In this document: one piece after another, positions 33,081-45,700 of the stretch
Numbering within the stretch: position 1 is the first letter of the stretch
Layout: the number at the start of each line of letters is the position of its first letter
Assembly (NCBI GenBank): GCA_029953675.1
Contig: JAMWBK010000002.1
Span: 1,550,001 to 1,614,000, forward strand
Direction: 5' to 3'
Length of the DNA: 64,000 nt
Source of the DNA: Rhodosorus marinus CCMP1338
Taxonomy: Eukaryota; Plantae; Rhodophyta
The notes under the pieces: model-generated
Databases searched by the model: none
Told to the model about the DNA's origin: nothing
The model's input: only the letters and a program-made list of their open reading frames with translations
Translations under genes and position numbers: made by a program

Positions 33081-34572
33081 TCAACCATCTCCTCCAGAAC
33101 ATTGTTGTTGCTGCCCTTGCTCCGATAGAAACGAATTGACGACCTCGCACGTACGTTTGGGCTCGTCATCCTGCAGCCAATGCCCAGCTTCGGCAACTTC
33201 AATCACTGTTGCTTGAGGAAAGAGCCTCCTGATCCGTTCCTCATTCTTTGCCGTGCTCAGAGGTGACTTGGAGCCAAACACAAACAGAGCGGGCTTGTTG
33301 TACGTTGTACCAGTCCTAAACCTTGTGGTTCACGAGTGTGAGAGTGAGTTGAGCCGAACTGCTCCGCACCAGTTCCTACCTAAGGATCTCCCTTTGCTTC
33401 GCAAACGTACTCTGGAAACGACTGGAGCTGATCCACCGAGTCTTGTATGGATTGAATATTCACCTTCCAGGAGAGTTTCTGGTCATCGGTATCGTCTTTG
33501 GCGCCGGCGAGGTTGGTCAACAGAAACCTTCTCAAGCGACGATCTTCAATTCCGTTCCTTTGTAGGACCTGCTCAACATCTCTGTGTTGCGTTGAAAACG
33601 TGGGAGGTGGAGTTTCGTTGAGAACCTCGGCCCATTTCCATCGTGAATGAACAGTAAACTACCGTTGGTCTCCAAGCCCGTGAAAATCTACATTGTACAT
33701 TGCTTGTATGGCCGAGTTCACGTTGCGCATCTTTCCCGTGGTCTTCCCGGGTGGCATGTCCAGTACAACAAGCTCCTTAACCCTCTCCGGAAACTCCAAA
33801 GCCAAAACCATAGCGACCTAAACAGGAAGTCATGGAATGTTTACGCATTGTTTGAGACGTATGGAGCGAGATTCTACTTCATGGATATCTAGATTCAGCC
33901 CAAGAGAGCCAAGTGGCTCTTGATCGTGCCGTCTCCTTGACCCCAGAATCGGTTTTCCCCTGTCGACTTGGTGTATGTATATTACTTTGCCTCCTAGACT
34001 GTGGCCGATTAGTGATATCTGCTTGAGTTCTGTTGATTGAGACAGGCCGGGAATCAGTAAGGATAGGACCGTTGCGAAAACTGCAATTGAAAGAAAGCGA
34101 TTTGACAACCAAAAACATGATCCACGCTGCGAACCTTGGCCATCGAGAAACGCTAAAACGTCGCTTGCAAGAGTCCGAATGTCCATCCGCTGAGCGTGGG
34201 GACTGTCTCCATGGTTTCTCAGATCGATCGTGTAAACCTCCCTGTCCGGAACTTTTGTTTTTGTGTATTGTGGATCGTTCGAAGGATTCATCGAGCAGTT
34301 CAGTATCCACGACGCCTCAAAAGGTCTCCGAGAAGAGTTCGCTTACCGAAATCCTTCCTTTTGACGAAGGAGCGGTACGTTCGCCCGGATGCAAGCAATC
34401 CATGGATGAACAACACAGGACTCTGCTTGTGCTTCGGCGCAACTTTGCTCGCAAAGAAATTGTGCTTGAGCTGAACTTGTCCCTCAAACCCATTGCTCTG
34501 CAGGTGTCTTTTGAAGATATTTGACCACCCACCGTATCTGGAAGCACCCCGCGCAAGCAGAAACCTCTTCAT
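33081..34572 (-). CDS. ABHD11: ABHD11/YbfF-like alpha/beta hydrolase, mitochondrial presequence, multi-exon
   Basis: Motifs are PVLFIHGLLAS, DLRNHGDSPH, nucleophile elbow IGHSLGGKV, VVDISP and AGHWLQDDEP. Confidence 0.88.
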
Positions 34573-35075
34573 TTAGTGGCGAGAACTAAACAAGCTTCCC
34601 TCGCGAACCTGGAGCTGTCGATCAGTTCCTACGTCGCAGAAGGGGCTGCTGGTCAAGCCCCTGCTGATTATTCCTGATAAATGCTGCGTGTTAACGCAGC
34701 CAGCCCTCAGCCAAATATGCATCAACATGGACGATGCTCCTGTATTTGACTGGACTGCAGTGTTAATCAGCCTGCCTTTTTTCCTTTGTTTTTTGGCTGG
34801 GATGGACCACGGGGTTTTTCCATGTTGCCGAGTGTTTTCTCAGTGCAAGGGAAGCTGTGGTTAGTGAAGTCCAGCTTTCTGGTGACGACTGCTGCTGCCG
34901 CAAAGACCGCAGAAAAAATAACTCCTCCTCAGGGTCGAGCTTTTTTTCCGTTCTTTCACATTTAATAACTTGAAATCAATGCTGTTCGACAAAACGAAGA
35001 CACTGTACGTTCAGTTCGGTTCTTTACAATCTATAAGTCTGTTCATGTTAGGTACGAGTTAGCAAATAGTCCCAT

Positions 35076-38000
35076 TCAATCCCCGTGGTCATCCTGGAGC
35101 AAAAGGGGGACGAGAGGAACGTTAGGAACGCTGAATTTTTCTACATCTTTTGGCTTGTTGTGATGGGTTGATGACCCGAAACCACCTACCACTGGCAAAT
35201 TTGTAGGCTTCCTCTCGGAAGATGTCAGAGGGACCTCGGCAGACACTTTCTCCTGGGTTTGACATCGCATCGCATACGGTGGTTAGCTCTTTGGTAAACA
35301 TGCTTGCAAATGTCCACAATCCCGAAAGGTCGCTGGAACTCGACTGTAGACGAAAATCTTACCTTTTGTACAGGTTGCTTGAGGTCCTTCTGGGCTCTCG
35401 ACTCTTGCACGGGTTGATTTCCAACAGCCCCATCGTCACGCCCTTGTTGCGGCTTCTCACCAACGATTAGCATTTCACCGGGAGGGGGGGGCTTAGCTTT
35501 CGCATCCGCAGCTCGCTGTTCACTCGCCACGGGCGATAGTCCGGCGTTGCTCTGCATCTCCTCAGCACTATCGGCGGCTTTCTCCGCTTCCGCGCTGCTC
35601 TGCTTCTCTCCAACGTTTAAGATCTCGCTTGGCACTGGAGACTCTGCCGCGGGTCGGCCGCTGCTCTGAGATTGTGTAGCTGTCGCGGGTTTCGATGTAT
35701 CCAGGTTGTCGTTCTTGACCCGGATTTCACGGATTTCTCCTACGATCGTCATTTCGGGAGGACGCGACGTAGCGTCGCGGGATCCAGGCTCACCTTTGCC
35801 CTCCCCAGGCCTCGGTTGTCCTCCGCTCGCGGAGACTTTTGTGTCCCCTAAGTCATACTTCCCTTTACCCGCTGTTTCCCCCTCTACATCAGTTTCATTC
35901 TTGGTGCTTGCAGAAGTCGCACCAGCTTTCGGAGATTTCGGTACATCCACGCTATCACTTTTAACACGGAGTTCGCGGATTTCTCCCACGATCGTCATTT
36001 CTCCGGGTGTACCTGAAACTCGGGACGCAGAATCGCGCTGTGCAGGGTCCTCCTTTCCGTCTGAGACCGGAGTCCCAGGTCTTTGCGGAGACGTAGCCGT
36101 GGGCACCTTTGTATCCCCTGATGCAGGTTTTGATTTGCCCGCGGCATCCACCTCCTTATCCGCATCGAGGGTGTTCTCCCCGACGATAAGCATCTCCCCC
36201 GGACGCACATTTGTTCCCCGTACAGCCTCTTGCTGTGTTTCGGTATCTGAAACTGCTTGGACGGGTTCTCGAGTCTTCGGGGCCTCCTCAGGCTGGGAAG
36301 ATTGGGCCGTGCTCAGCGGCACATCTTCTTGCACTTGTCTCCGCCTGCCGGGTTTCGTTGACAACGCATCTGCTTCAACAACGTCGCCCTTTTCTTGCGT
36401 TTCAAGGCCGCTTTCCTGGATATCGAGGTTCGTAGAGAACATGCAGGATCAGGAATTGAACAGGAGCCATGCAGTTCGACGCGATGTCGCGAAAATGGTT
36501 GGTTTTGCTACCTTTGCCCGCACCGGGACCTTCTTGGGCGGCGGAGCGGACTCAGCGGGTTCTTTGATAGGAACCGCCGGTTCTGCAGTCTCTCGGTTCC
36601 GGTTGGCAGCGACTGACGCTTCCTTCACCGCTGTCTCGTCCTGAGGTACATTGCTGACGGGGGTATGGGAGTCTACATCTGCAGCTATATCAATACTTGC
36701 AGACTTCAGGCCGTAGAGCGGCTGGTTCAGAGGTCCATGAATGTCCGGATCGGAACCTGGCAAATACAGTACGAGATGAATCAGCACACAGCTCCAAGGT
36801 TTCAAGTACGAAATAAAGTTGAATACAATCATCGCAGTGCTGAGGTACGAGGTTACCTTCTCTGACGTCCCTGTACAAGTCTGAAGCGAGTCTAGCTCCG
36901 CCCATGCGAATGATGTCGTTGATTCTAAGCAGCACGTCCTGCTGCACCTTGCGATACTCCGATAAAAATACAGTCTTCGAGTAGCAGGAGACCCAAATCA
37001 CAATAGAATGCTGATCAAAGCGGTCGATGAACGCAAGTCGGTGCTGTCTCGGGTCTAATTCCGGGCTTTCGTCGAGCATAGACTTGATGGACGTGACAAT
37101 ATCCTTCGCCACTTGCATATCCTAAAGAGGACGAGTTTCCAAAAGGCACCAAGCTTAGCAGTTATAGGGTAGGGTCATCACGGGTGAGAAACAAGCACTC
37201 TTTGACCCTTTCTGACCTCCAATCTGATGTGGATCTCGTGCTTTATCCTCCGATTCGTCATTCTCGATGGATTCTCAATGATGAAGGTTGAAAATCTCGA
37301 ATTAGGAATATATAGAGGCCGTTTTTCCCATGTCCTTATCATTGTCATGTACCATCCCATATCCTCGACAGTCCCTTCCACATCCGTATTTTCAATACTG
37401 AGAGAAAGCCGCCATCTTCAGTCCGGCATCCCATGGAAGTCTGCAGGGCAGCCCAGTGCGTTTCCAACTCACCTTCTGATCCAGTCACCGACGCTGAAAG
37501 GTCTGGTTAAGAAGAGCATAAATCCCGCAAAAAAGTTCGAAATGATTTCTCGACCAGCGAAGCCAATAGCAACTCCTCCAATTCCTCCAAAAGCAAGCAC
37601 GGACTGGAGACGCAAGCCGATCGTATCCATCATCACCAGGATTGCTATAAGGACCGTAACAACGGTTGCCAATCGGCTTATCGAATCCACCTGCGTTTTG
37701 TCCATTCGCCCATCACTGGAGAAACGCGATCGAATCCTCTCAATCCACCGCAGTATAAACCACGTCGCAGCGAAAATAATACCCAGTTCCCGCGACACAC
37801 GGATGTATCTTGCAGCACCTTAGGAGAGGAAAGTGCGAAGAAAGACTCTCTTCAGATTCACAAACGATTGTGATATACAGAGCCCCAGAGTGATTTCACT
37901 GCAAAGGTAATCAACGGGAAAGCCCGCTGCTAGTATCTGCACGGATCCCTAAGTTCGTGCTTCAACACCTACCAGTCGCTGATAACGGCCTGGCGACGAC

Positions 38001-38723
38001 CTCAGCCAGGGAAGTTCCAACCGTAAAAACTGAAAGAAACTCCAAGGGCCTTTGCATGCATTCAAACACAGATTCCTTATAGCTAACTTTTCCTCTGCTT
38101 GGGTCCAATTTATGATACAAAAAGTACAGCGCTCTGCTGACTCCGTATCTGAGCAGCAGGAACAAACCAACAACCAGCGCAGTATCAAGCACAAGGTGCG
38201 TCTGCTCTCGCCCGAAAACGAATGAGAAGGTTTCCAAAAGAAACGGACAACATTGTTAGAAACCGTTCAAACAATCTGAGAACTCGTCAAAAACTTCGAT
38301 CGGTTTGTCCCTTTGCAAACCGCGCACCGATTGAACTCTTAGTGTAACGGCGTTTATGAACTCCTTCGCTGGAGCTACAGACACGCGCAAGTCTTCTGCA
38401 ATCCTTTGCATCTGCTGTGTACCGGACACAGCGATTCTTCTAACTCGCTCAATGTTCCCTTCCGTCTCTAAAGCCGCGGACATAGCCTCTTCCTCGACTT
38501 CCTGGCTTTCGAGCAGAACTTCACCTTGTCCTGTAACTTCAGGCTCCTCTTCCTGCACGATTCCCGGGTACTCGTCCACAGGAAACCCCTCAGCGATCCC
38601 AGATAGTAAAACCACGCCTGTTCTCCTCAACCGCTCTCGTCCAGAATGTATCGCACACACCCGGGGGGCGCCATACGACGGACGAACCGGCGCCGGCAGC
38701 AAAAACGCCCGAGTCCGCTTCAT
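35076..38723 (-). CDS. MscS-like mechanosensitive channel with transit peptide and a long repetitive C-terminal tail, multi-exon
   Basis: The pore helix reads LAFGGIGGVAIGFAGREIISNFFAG, followed by RPFSVGDWIR, EGTVEDMGWYMTMIR and IPNSRF...ENPSR. A low-complexity tail of more than 450 aa follows. Confidence 0.9.
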
Positions 38724-39699
38724 CCGTCCTAAGCCCAAACCAATCACGCACGCACCACCAGTTTTCGTTCGTGAGGCCCACTTCACCTCCCAAAACAAAT
38801 CCACCCGACAAAAAGGTAGTAACTAAATCCCGCTCGTACGAAAGCCGAGTCCAGCTTCCTAACTATCCACTCTGCTTATTAAATAATTCCAAAACCTTCC
38901 CCACCGCTTCAAATTCCTATGCTTTCCCCCGTCACTCAAAGTGCCTTCGTTTCCGCTTCCACTACTTATTTCTACATAGTCAAGCCTCTGCCACACACAC
39001 CCCCCACTCCCCCTTCCCCCCGAAAACAAAAAAGATGCAATCATAGATCACGAAAGGCTCCTTGAAACAGAACTTCCCCACCGCTTAACTTCATAAATCA
39101 TGTCATGACTTAATATGTCATAAAGACCTAAACCCCTCCTGAGCCAGTGCCCCCCAGCCTTCCCCATTTCACATTGCCAGTTGGTCGTAACGAGCAGCAC
39201 CCTCTAACCTCTACAGACTGCCTCAAAATTTCAGGCAAACTGGAAGCGATTTTAATGCTTTTCTCAAAAAAAAACGAATCTGGAGTACTTTTGTAACGCG
39301 TACTAAGGCATATTCATCAAAAAAGCAATATAAAAACGAAGGTTAATTTTGTGAATAGGAATCATTGAAGATTTGTCCTCGACGCCAAGATTTAATGGCT
39401 GGGCTTCTGGGTTTGTCGCTTCTCAGATTAAAGAATATTGTTCTTTATTTGTACTTTTCCCAGTATTTATTTTGAAATAATATATAAAAGGTTGAAATAG
39501 GTACTTATATTATAGTTGTTGGACTTTTTTGAGGGGAGAGGGACAAACGTTTTAGAACCATAGCTTCAGTGGGGGGGGAAGGAACGTACCTACGGATGGA
39601 GCGGAATTGAGTCCTACAATTTCAATATTCGCTGTATGGAAGGAAGAAAACGGCGTCAACTGCTTTTTTCTCGGGCTTAATTACAGCAAGCTCATCCTT

Positions 39700-41500
39700 T
39701 TCGCGACCGTTGTCGTTGGGGGCGCTCATTGCTACCGCGCTTAGCCCAGTTGAAGGGGACCTGAATGCGACCCCGAGGTAATGCGTGAATGGAGAGCCCA
39801 TTTGAAATCTGTGAAACGAAGAAAGAGTTCCGAGTCAGCGGAGTACAAGCGGGCCGAAGCTGTAAAACTATCCAGGCATGCTTCGAATTGTGTTCCACAC
39901 TCATCTTCTTCCTCGGGATTACGTTCAGGCCTCTCCAAAAATCGGGTACGCTCTCCCAATCAGAAGCTCATGGGGAGGGAGCTGTTAAAGAAATAGACTC
40001 TCAGTGATGGTTCGCACGGCCTCCTCCGCATTGGGCAAGGGCGTTGGCAGGGTCTCGGGGGGGGTGGCAGGGGATCCAAGATTCTATCCAACTCCGGCCT
40101 GATCGGCTCCACTCCTGAAACTCCGTTGCGTTATTCGACGTGATCGTCTTTACTATAGCCCCATACTGAGTCTGGCGGCTCCCTCAGGGCCTCGTCAACC
40201 TCACTCTCCTTCGTCAAGCCTCTCATTCTGCCCGTGATGGTTCGCACCGCCGCCTCCGCATTGCAAAGGCGTGTGCAGATTCGGGGGGGACGGAGGATCC
40301 CAGATTATTCCCAACTCCTGTCTGATCGGCTTCACTGCTGAAACTCCTTTGCGTTATTGGACGTGATCTTCCATACAATTGCCCCGTACTGAGTCTGGAG
40401 GCTCATGAGTGAATCCTCAAGCCTCATGAACCTCGCTCTTCTTCGGCAACGGAGATAGTGAAACCAGGCTGTACCTTGGCCATGACTATCCCTGAAGCTC
40501 TTCCTTTCGGTGGCCGGAAATGGCCCACATAGCTTTCAGTGGACCGTATCAGCGCAGAAATCCGTAAGTCTTAGGGGGGAGGAGGGGAATCAAGTCTACG
40601 CTTGTCCCTTTTGCAGCTTTGGCAGGGTGGCACTCGATCACCTTGGGTGGATTCGATTTCCCTGTCGGCTGGACCAACCAGAGCTCACAATACAAGATTA
40701 AATTTCTGTAGTTGGACCAAGCTCTTGGTAATACCCGGCGTCGACCTGTCCTTCCCATCAATTCCTCTAATGCGCCGACTGAGACTGAGCAGGATGAGAG
40801 CGTAAATTGGCACTTTCTGCGCACCGTGGGTTAGCACGCTGACTTGTGCCTTCTTAAGGCCCCTGGCGAGCCTGCCCCTAGATATCGGCGACTACGCAGG
40901 CTGGCAGTTCGTGTTTTGATCTTACCCTGAATCGTGTGTTATTATTTCAGCGACTTCTACATTGTCCCGTGCTGGCCGCATGAAGATGTGTTCGCCGGTC
41001 TTCGTTGCAATCAATGTGGAGAAGTCGGAGAGAAATCCGAAGCCCTCATTGCGTGATCGCTGCAGCTACCGGTATACGGCAGTGAATCCAGGCACATCTA
41101 ATTGACAACCGCAGATTCTTCCCGGATTGTTGATAGTTTCCGAGTAGTTTGTGGTCCCGGCCATATTTAGTTCGAGGTATCATACTTGGACCGTATCTGC
41201 TGTCAGTAGCAGCGGGTTTCGGAGTCTACTGTGAGCAACTGGCGACCAGTGATACGCAACACCTCTACCCGAGGCAAAATAGTTCAACTTATTATGTCAG
41301 GTAGTTTTGTCGACTTCCAACGAATTCTTCAGCAAGCTGCTTATGTAGGGGTACATCGGCAGTGCTTGTGGTTGAGCCGACCAGCGACCACACTAGTTTC
41401 TGGCAGGCTCCGACAATGCGTCTTGAAATCAAGGAGAAGTTCTTTTGGAAGGTCAACCACCAAACTTGCCCCGTTTTTTGCTCCATCGTCGCAAGAAGCC
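39700..41500 (-). mobile_element. Degenerate Ty1/Copia relic (protease-integrase region) with an internal tandem duplication
   Basis: Minus-strand fragments with stops and frameshifts read DVPGF...NEGFGFL (protease end), CHPAKAAK (zinc-finger position), VH*KLCGPFP, QTQYGAIVKTITSNNATEF (twice) and NAEAAVRTI. They occur in Copia order. Confidence 0.6.
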
Positions 41501-42074
41501 TGGCAAAGGCGCGACCGGAAGCAACGAATGGTTAAAACCTACTCAGAAAGTAAGAGTAGGTCTAGGGCGGGAGATCGCGTACTCGTCTGCCATACTCACT
41601 GTCACGAATAGCTCAACGCGAACAGTAATCGCGCCCCGAGCACTATGTTTTCGTGTCCACCTCCATTTCAGGGAACCTACTCGGCGGTTGTTGGAGCTGT
41701 AGAACCCATACCTGGACTCCTGTGTAGCTCTCATCGAGCTACTATGTTTGTGAGGGAAATGTTGCGCTCGTCGAGCTACTCCGTGGTAGAATTGCATGCA
41801 TGTAGTGTTGATAACGGGGGCGATCAATCGTTCGGTCCGCCATTCAACCTTTGAGGGTCTCACAAACAATGAATGACGTTGAAGATCTGGGGTTGAAGCA
41901 AGCAACTACAATGTATTGTGCTACTTTTACTGAACTAGCTATTTCGAATTTTTGCACAAGGCTTTTTCCTGCACGATCGTTCTGTCAAATTTCAACATGT
42001 TTCGTATCTGCAAAAAAACTATGCAAACTTTTGGAGCGTCACAAACTGCCCATCAGGTAGATGGTCACAAAGAA

Positions 42075-42713
42075 TTACTTCCACCACGGCGCCAGGTTAG
42101 TACGGAAGTCAGTCTCTGTCCAGGTCTTCAGCAGAACTTCTCCAGAGCCACCCTCCTCAACGTGCGCCAGAGCAAGAGACAAGGGGGCAGGTCCACGAAC
42201 GACCTTCCCGGTCTTGTCGTATTGAGAACCGTGGCACGGGCACTTGAATTTCTTCTCAGCAGCATTCCATGGCACAACACATCCAAGATGCGTGCATACA
42301 GCGTTGAGGCCGTACGACTCGAGGTCATCACCGGCATCGTTCACGATCAGGTAGGTAGCATCTCCCTTAAGACCCTGCACGAGCTTCCTAGCACCTTTCC
42401 CTTGCGTCTTAATCCAATCGGCTTTGAGAACATTGTTGCCGAGAGCATCCTTGGCAATAACACCTCCACCGGCGCCACCCTTGCTTGGCGGATAGAGGAA
42501 GTACAACCATCCACCAACAACAGCACCGAAAGGAACCGTTACCCCACCTGCCAGGATAACATTCATGATATTTCTCTTGGTCATGTCCGGGACCATGTCA
42601 GCTTCCCCAGCTGCGGCCATCTTAATTGGTGCCGCACGCTTCGAAGCGCACACCTGCGACTTAGCCATAACTGGCTTTCCGATAAATGCAGAGCTTCCTA
42701 CGAACGCCTCCAT
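42075..42713 (-). CDS. petC: Cytochrome b6f Rieske iron-sulfur subunit, nuclear-encoded with transit peptide
   Basis: It has the Rieske boxes CTHLGCVV and CPCHGSQY, plus [11 protein letters not shown] and TDFRT..PWW. The transit peptide begins MEAFV. Confidence 0.98.
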   Translation of the reverse strand: MEAFVGSSAFIGKPVMAKSQVCASKRAAPIKMAAAGEADMVPDMTKRNIMNVILAGGVTVPFGAVVGGWLYFLYPPSKGGAGGGVIAKDALGNNVLKADWIKTQGKGARKLVQGLKGDATYLIVNDAGDDLESYGLNAVCTHLGCVVPWNAAEKKFKCPCHGSQYDKTGKVVRGPAPLSLALAHVEEGGSGEVLLKTWTETDFRTNLAPWWK

Positions 42714-45700
42714 TTTTTTTTCAAACTCAATATCCACACAACCCTACCACATAAAAGAAGTGATTACCTCGCCCCGCAATCCAACCTCCCCTTCCCCCCT
42801 CCCAAGCCTCGCCCCGATTATATTTCTATCCTCGGCGCTAGACAGTCAAGAACCACCGGATTCTGCATAATATGCAATCCGTAAAAATAAATAAAAATCA
42901 CATCGTTTCCACGTCTTTCTCGCACAAGGGGAAATGTTTTAACGACTCAAACTTGTTCCAAAATATACAATCACCACCACTAGTTCGATACCGCACATGT
43001 TTGCAAACCTTGTGATTTTTTTACACCCAATTTGATCTCATTGCGGCAAGACACATCTTGTCTTGGGCCCAATAGGAACAACGACTCAAATACGTTTATA
43101 GTACACTTTTTCAATACTCTGTCTACTTGAATAACGTAAAATATAGAATCATGCCTAATTATTTATAACATAAATTAATAAATTTTAGGTTGTAATATGA
43201 AACTAAATTCTAGGATCGGTCCAGGGCAGAGAAGAAGAAGGGGGTTAACGGAGGTACGAAAAGCCGGGCTCTGGAAAAGAGGAGGGGGGGGGTAGGCGTA
43301 GGTGTGCGGAGGGGTTTTGGCCGTCGACACCAGAGTACCAGACTGGTTCTACGCCCGCATCCGTCCCATGTTGAGCTATCCTGTATGGTCCGGGCCCGCT
43401 TCATACGAGGAAGCTCCAAGGATTTCGATCGGCAGGTTTTGGGTTCTGCTTCAGCGTTTTCGAGTATTCTTTGGTGTCCTATTCTGACTTCATTCCACTT
43501 CAAAGCGCTGTGCGCGGATGATATTTGAAAGCAGAAAATCGTTTAGCAACATTGGGTAGTGAATTCATACCGCCCTTATGATCGTACGAGATCATCAATC
43601 ATTGTGCACCTGTAGTTGACAAAACCAATATTGACTTTTTCATATTTTTCGCATAATAGTGTCGATGCATAAGATCCGTCACGTTCTTCTCTTGCAAATT
43701 ACACATTATTATGTTTTGTTCATGTTTCTAGGCTTGGAAATGAGAACTGCAATAGTGGACTGTAGTAGCACAAGTCTCCCCGCTGAAACCCAAAGAAGTT
43801 GAGATCGAGCCAATGAAATTGTAGGAATTCCCGATATTCCATCGTTTCAATCTCATTCAGTGCGGAAACAGCAACAGACGTCCGCAAATGTGTTACATTG
43901 ACTGAATTGTTTGCCATGATGATTGACTTGAATGAAAGCAAAGGTGGAGAGTAAATATCTGGTAAAATCAACTATTTAGGTGTCGAAATCAGCGATTATC
44001 TCATTCGAAGAAGACACCATCCACCAATCGCAAGAGAGAAATTATGAATAGGAGCAAAATGCTTTCAATATTATTCCAATTAGCAAAACGGATGCGAGCA
44101 GAAGACACAACTTTTCCTTGAATTCTTTTGAAACGAAATCCATGTGCTGAGTAAATCATGGTAGAGGGGGTAGTGGCGCATTCTTGTATAAGAATTTTCT
44201 TAACAATACAAGAATAGAAAACGTTTCCATTGAAAGTACAATATAATTACCGTGTTCCAGCAAGGGGTGGCGGTCCTCTTCACCGAGCGGTGTTCCTCTC
44301 GGCGGTCGCATCTTTCAATCCAGATCCCTTTTGTCTAAGGAGAAAGCTCCAGCATTGTACGTTCCACAGGATGCGAACAGTTCGGCTGAGTTATTAAGCA
44401 GCTCTTAATACCGAACTATCTGCCGCCGTTTATTCGTAAGACATCCACGCTGTATCAAGTATTTGTCCGTCATGGGTGTCACGGCCATTTGGCAAAGTCC
44501 CACCCCGAAGGACGTCGCATGTAGGTCGCCGAATCCCATTTTCGTATCCTTTCATCGGAAGACAGCTACGGAAGCAGCGTAACAGGAACACACTCAAAAG
44601 TCTGGTTTGCGTTAGTCTAGACTTCTAGACAAACCCAAACCCGTTCTTCAGGAGTCCGAGTTTTCGTTGAAACGCGAGAATGCCGAACGATGCTGGTTTG
44701 AGTTGGACCGGGAGGACCGGGCCTTACTGTTCTAGATGTCCCCTTCACTCGTCTTTATCCCACCTTCTCCGGGTTTCGCATACCCAAGCGCTTTCATGGA
44801 AACCTGCGCTACTAAAGTGCAAGTCGATCCTCTGTTTTCTTCAGCTGGAAGATCCATTGTGAAACGCTCCACGAGTGAGGACTCTGTCTTCATGTGGAGT
44901 AACGAGCCAATGCCTATGCTCGGAAGGCTAAAAATACACCTTCATCGTTTGAAGCTGGCAAATGGACTCGACAGCTGTTGACGAGTGCTCAAATGTGATC
45001 TGCGAGCAAGAAGTCCAGTGGCTGGCAGAGTATGTTCAGGATGCCAGAAGTGTCAGCACGCTCATCGAAGTCAAAACATCGAGATGGATCGTTTACCCAG
45101 GCGAGTGGAAACTAAACACAGCGCAGGGGATTTCCAGCGCTCGCATCCCGCCTTTTTGTCATAATTAGCTGCATGCAACGTTCGTGCGATCTAGAATCAC
45201 TGTAAGCCCTGCTTCCACTCCAACAGAGCGCTGTCTCTACTCGTTTTGTGAACTACGGGAATAAAGGCACTTGCTGTATGTCTCTGCCGAACAACATGTG
45301 CGCACTGAGGATCCAAAAACCGACGTATTGTCCAGACGGCCTCCAATCAAGCTAATTTCTGTTGGCCAATGCAGAAGAGGAGGAAATATGTTTTCGCGCG
45401 TCAAATGGGGATCACGAAAAACCATTGTCGGCATGCCCCTTTGACGTAAACAGCCACGGAGATGAATGCTCGGCTATCTGCCACTGAAAATTTCGTCCGT
45501 AGTGGTCATCACTTCTCTGTTCATTTTGTTTGCATCCAGGTTTGTCGGCTTCTTTGACTTGAGACTTCGATTATCGATTACGAGCCTGCTCTGCACACTG
45601 TACGCAGAACTAAACCAATATCAGCAATTCCTTTTTCATCCTAGAAAACGAACCCGAATTTGGTAGCGCACCTTCTGGTGCGTCTTCTGGGTCTTGCTGA

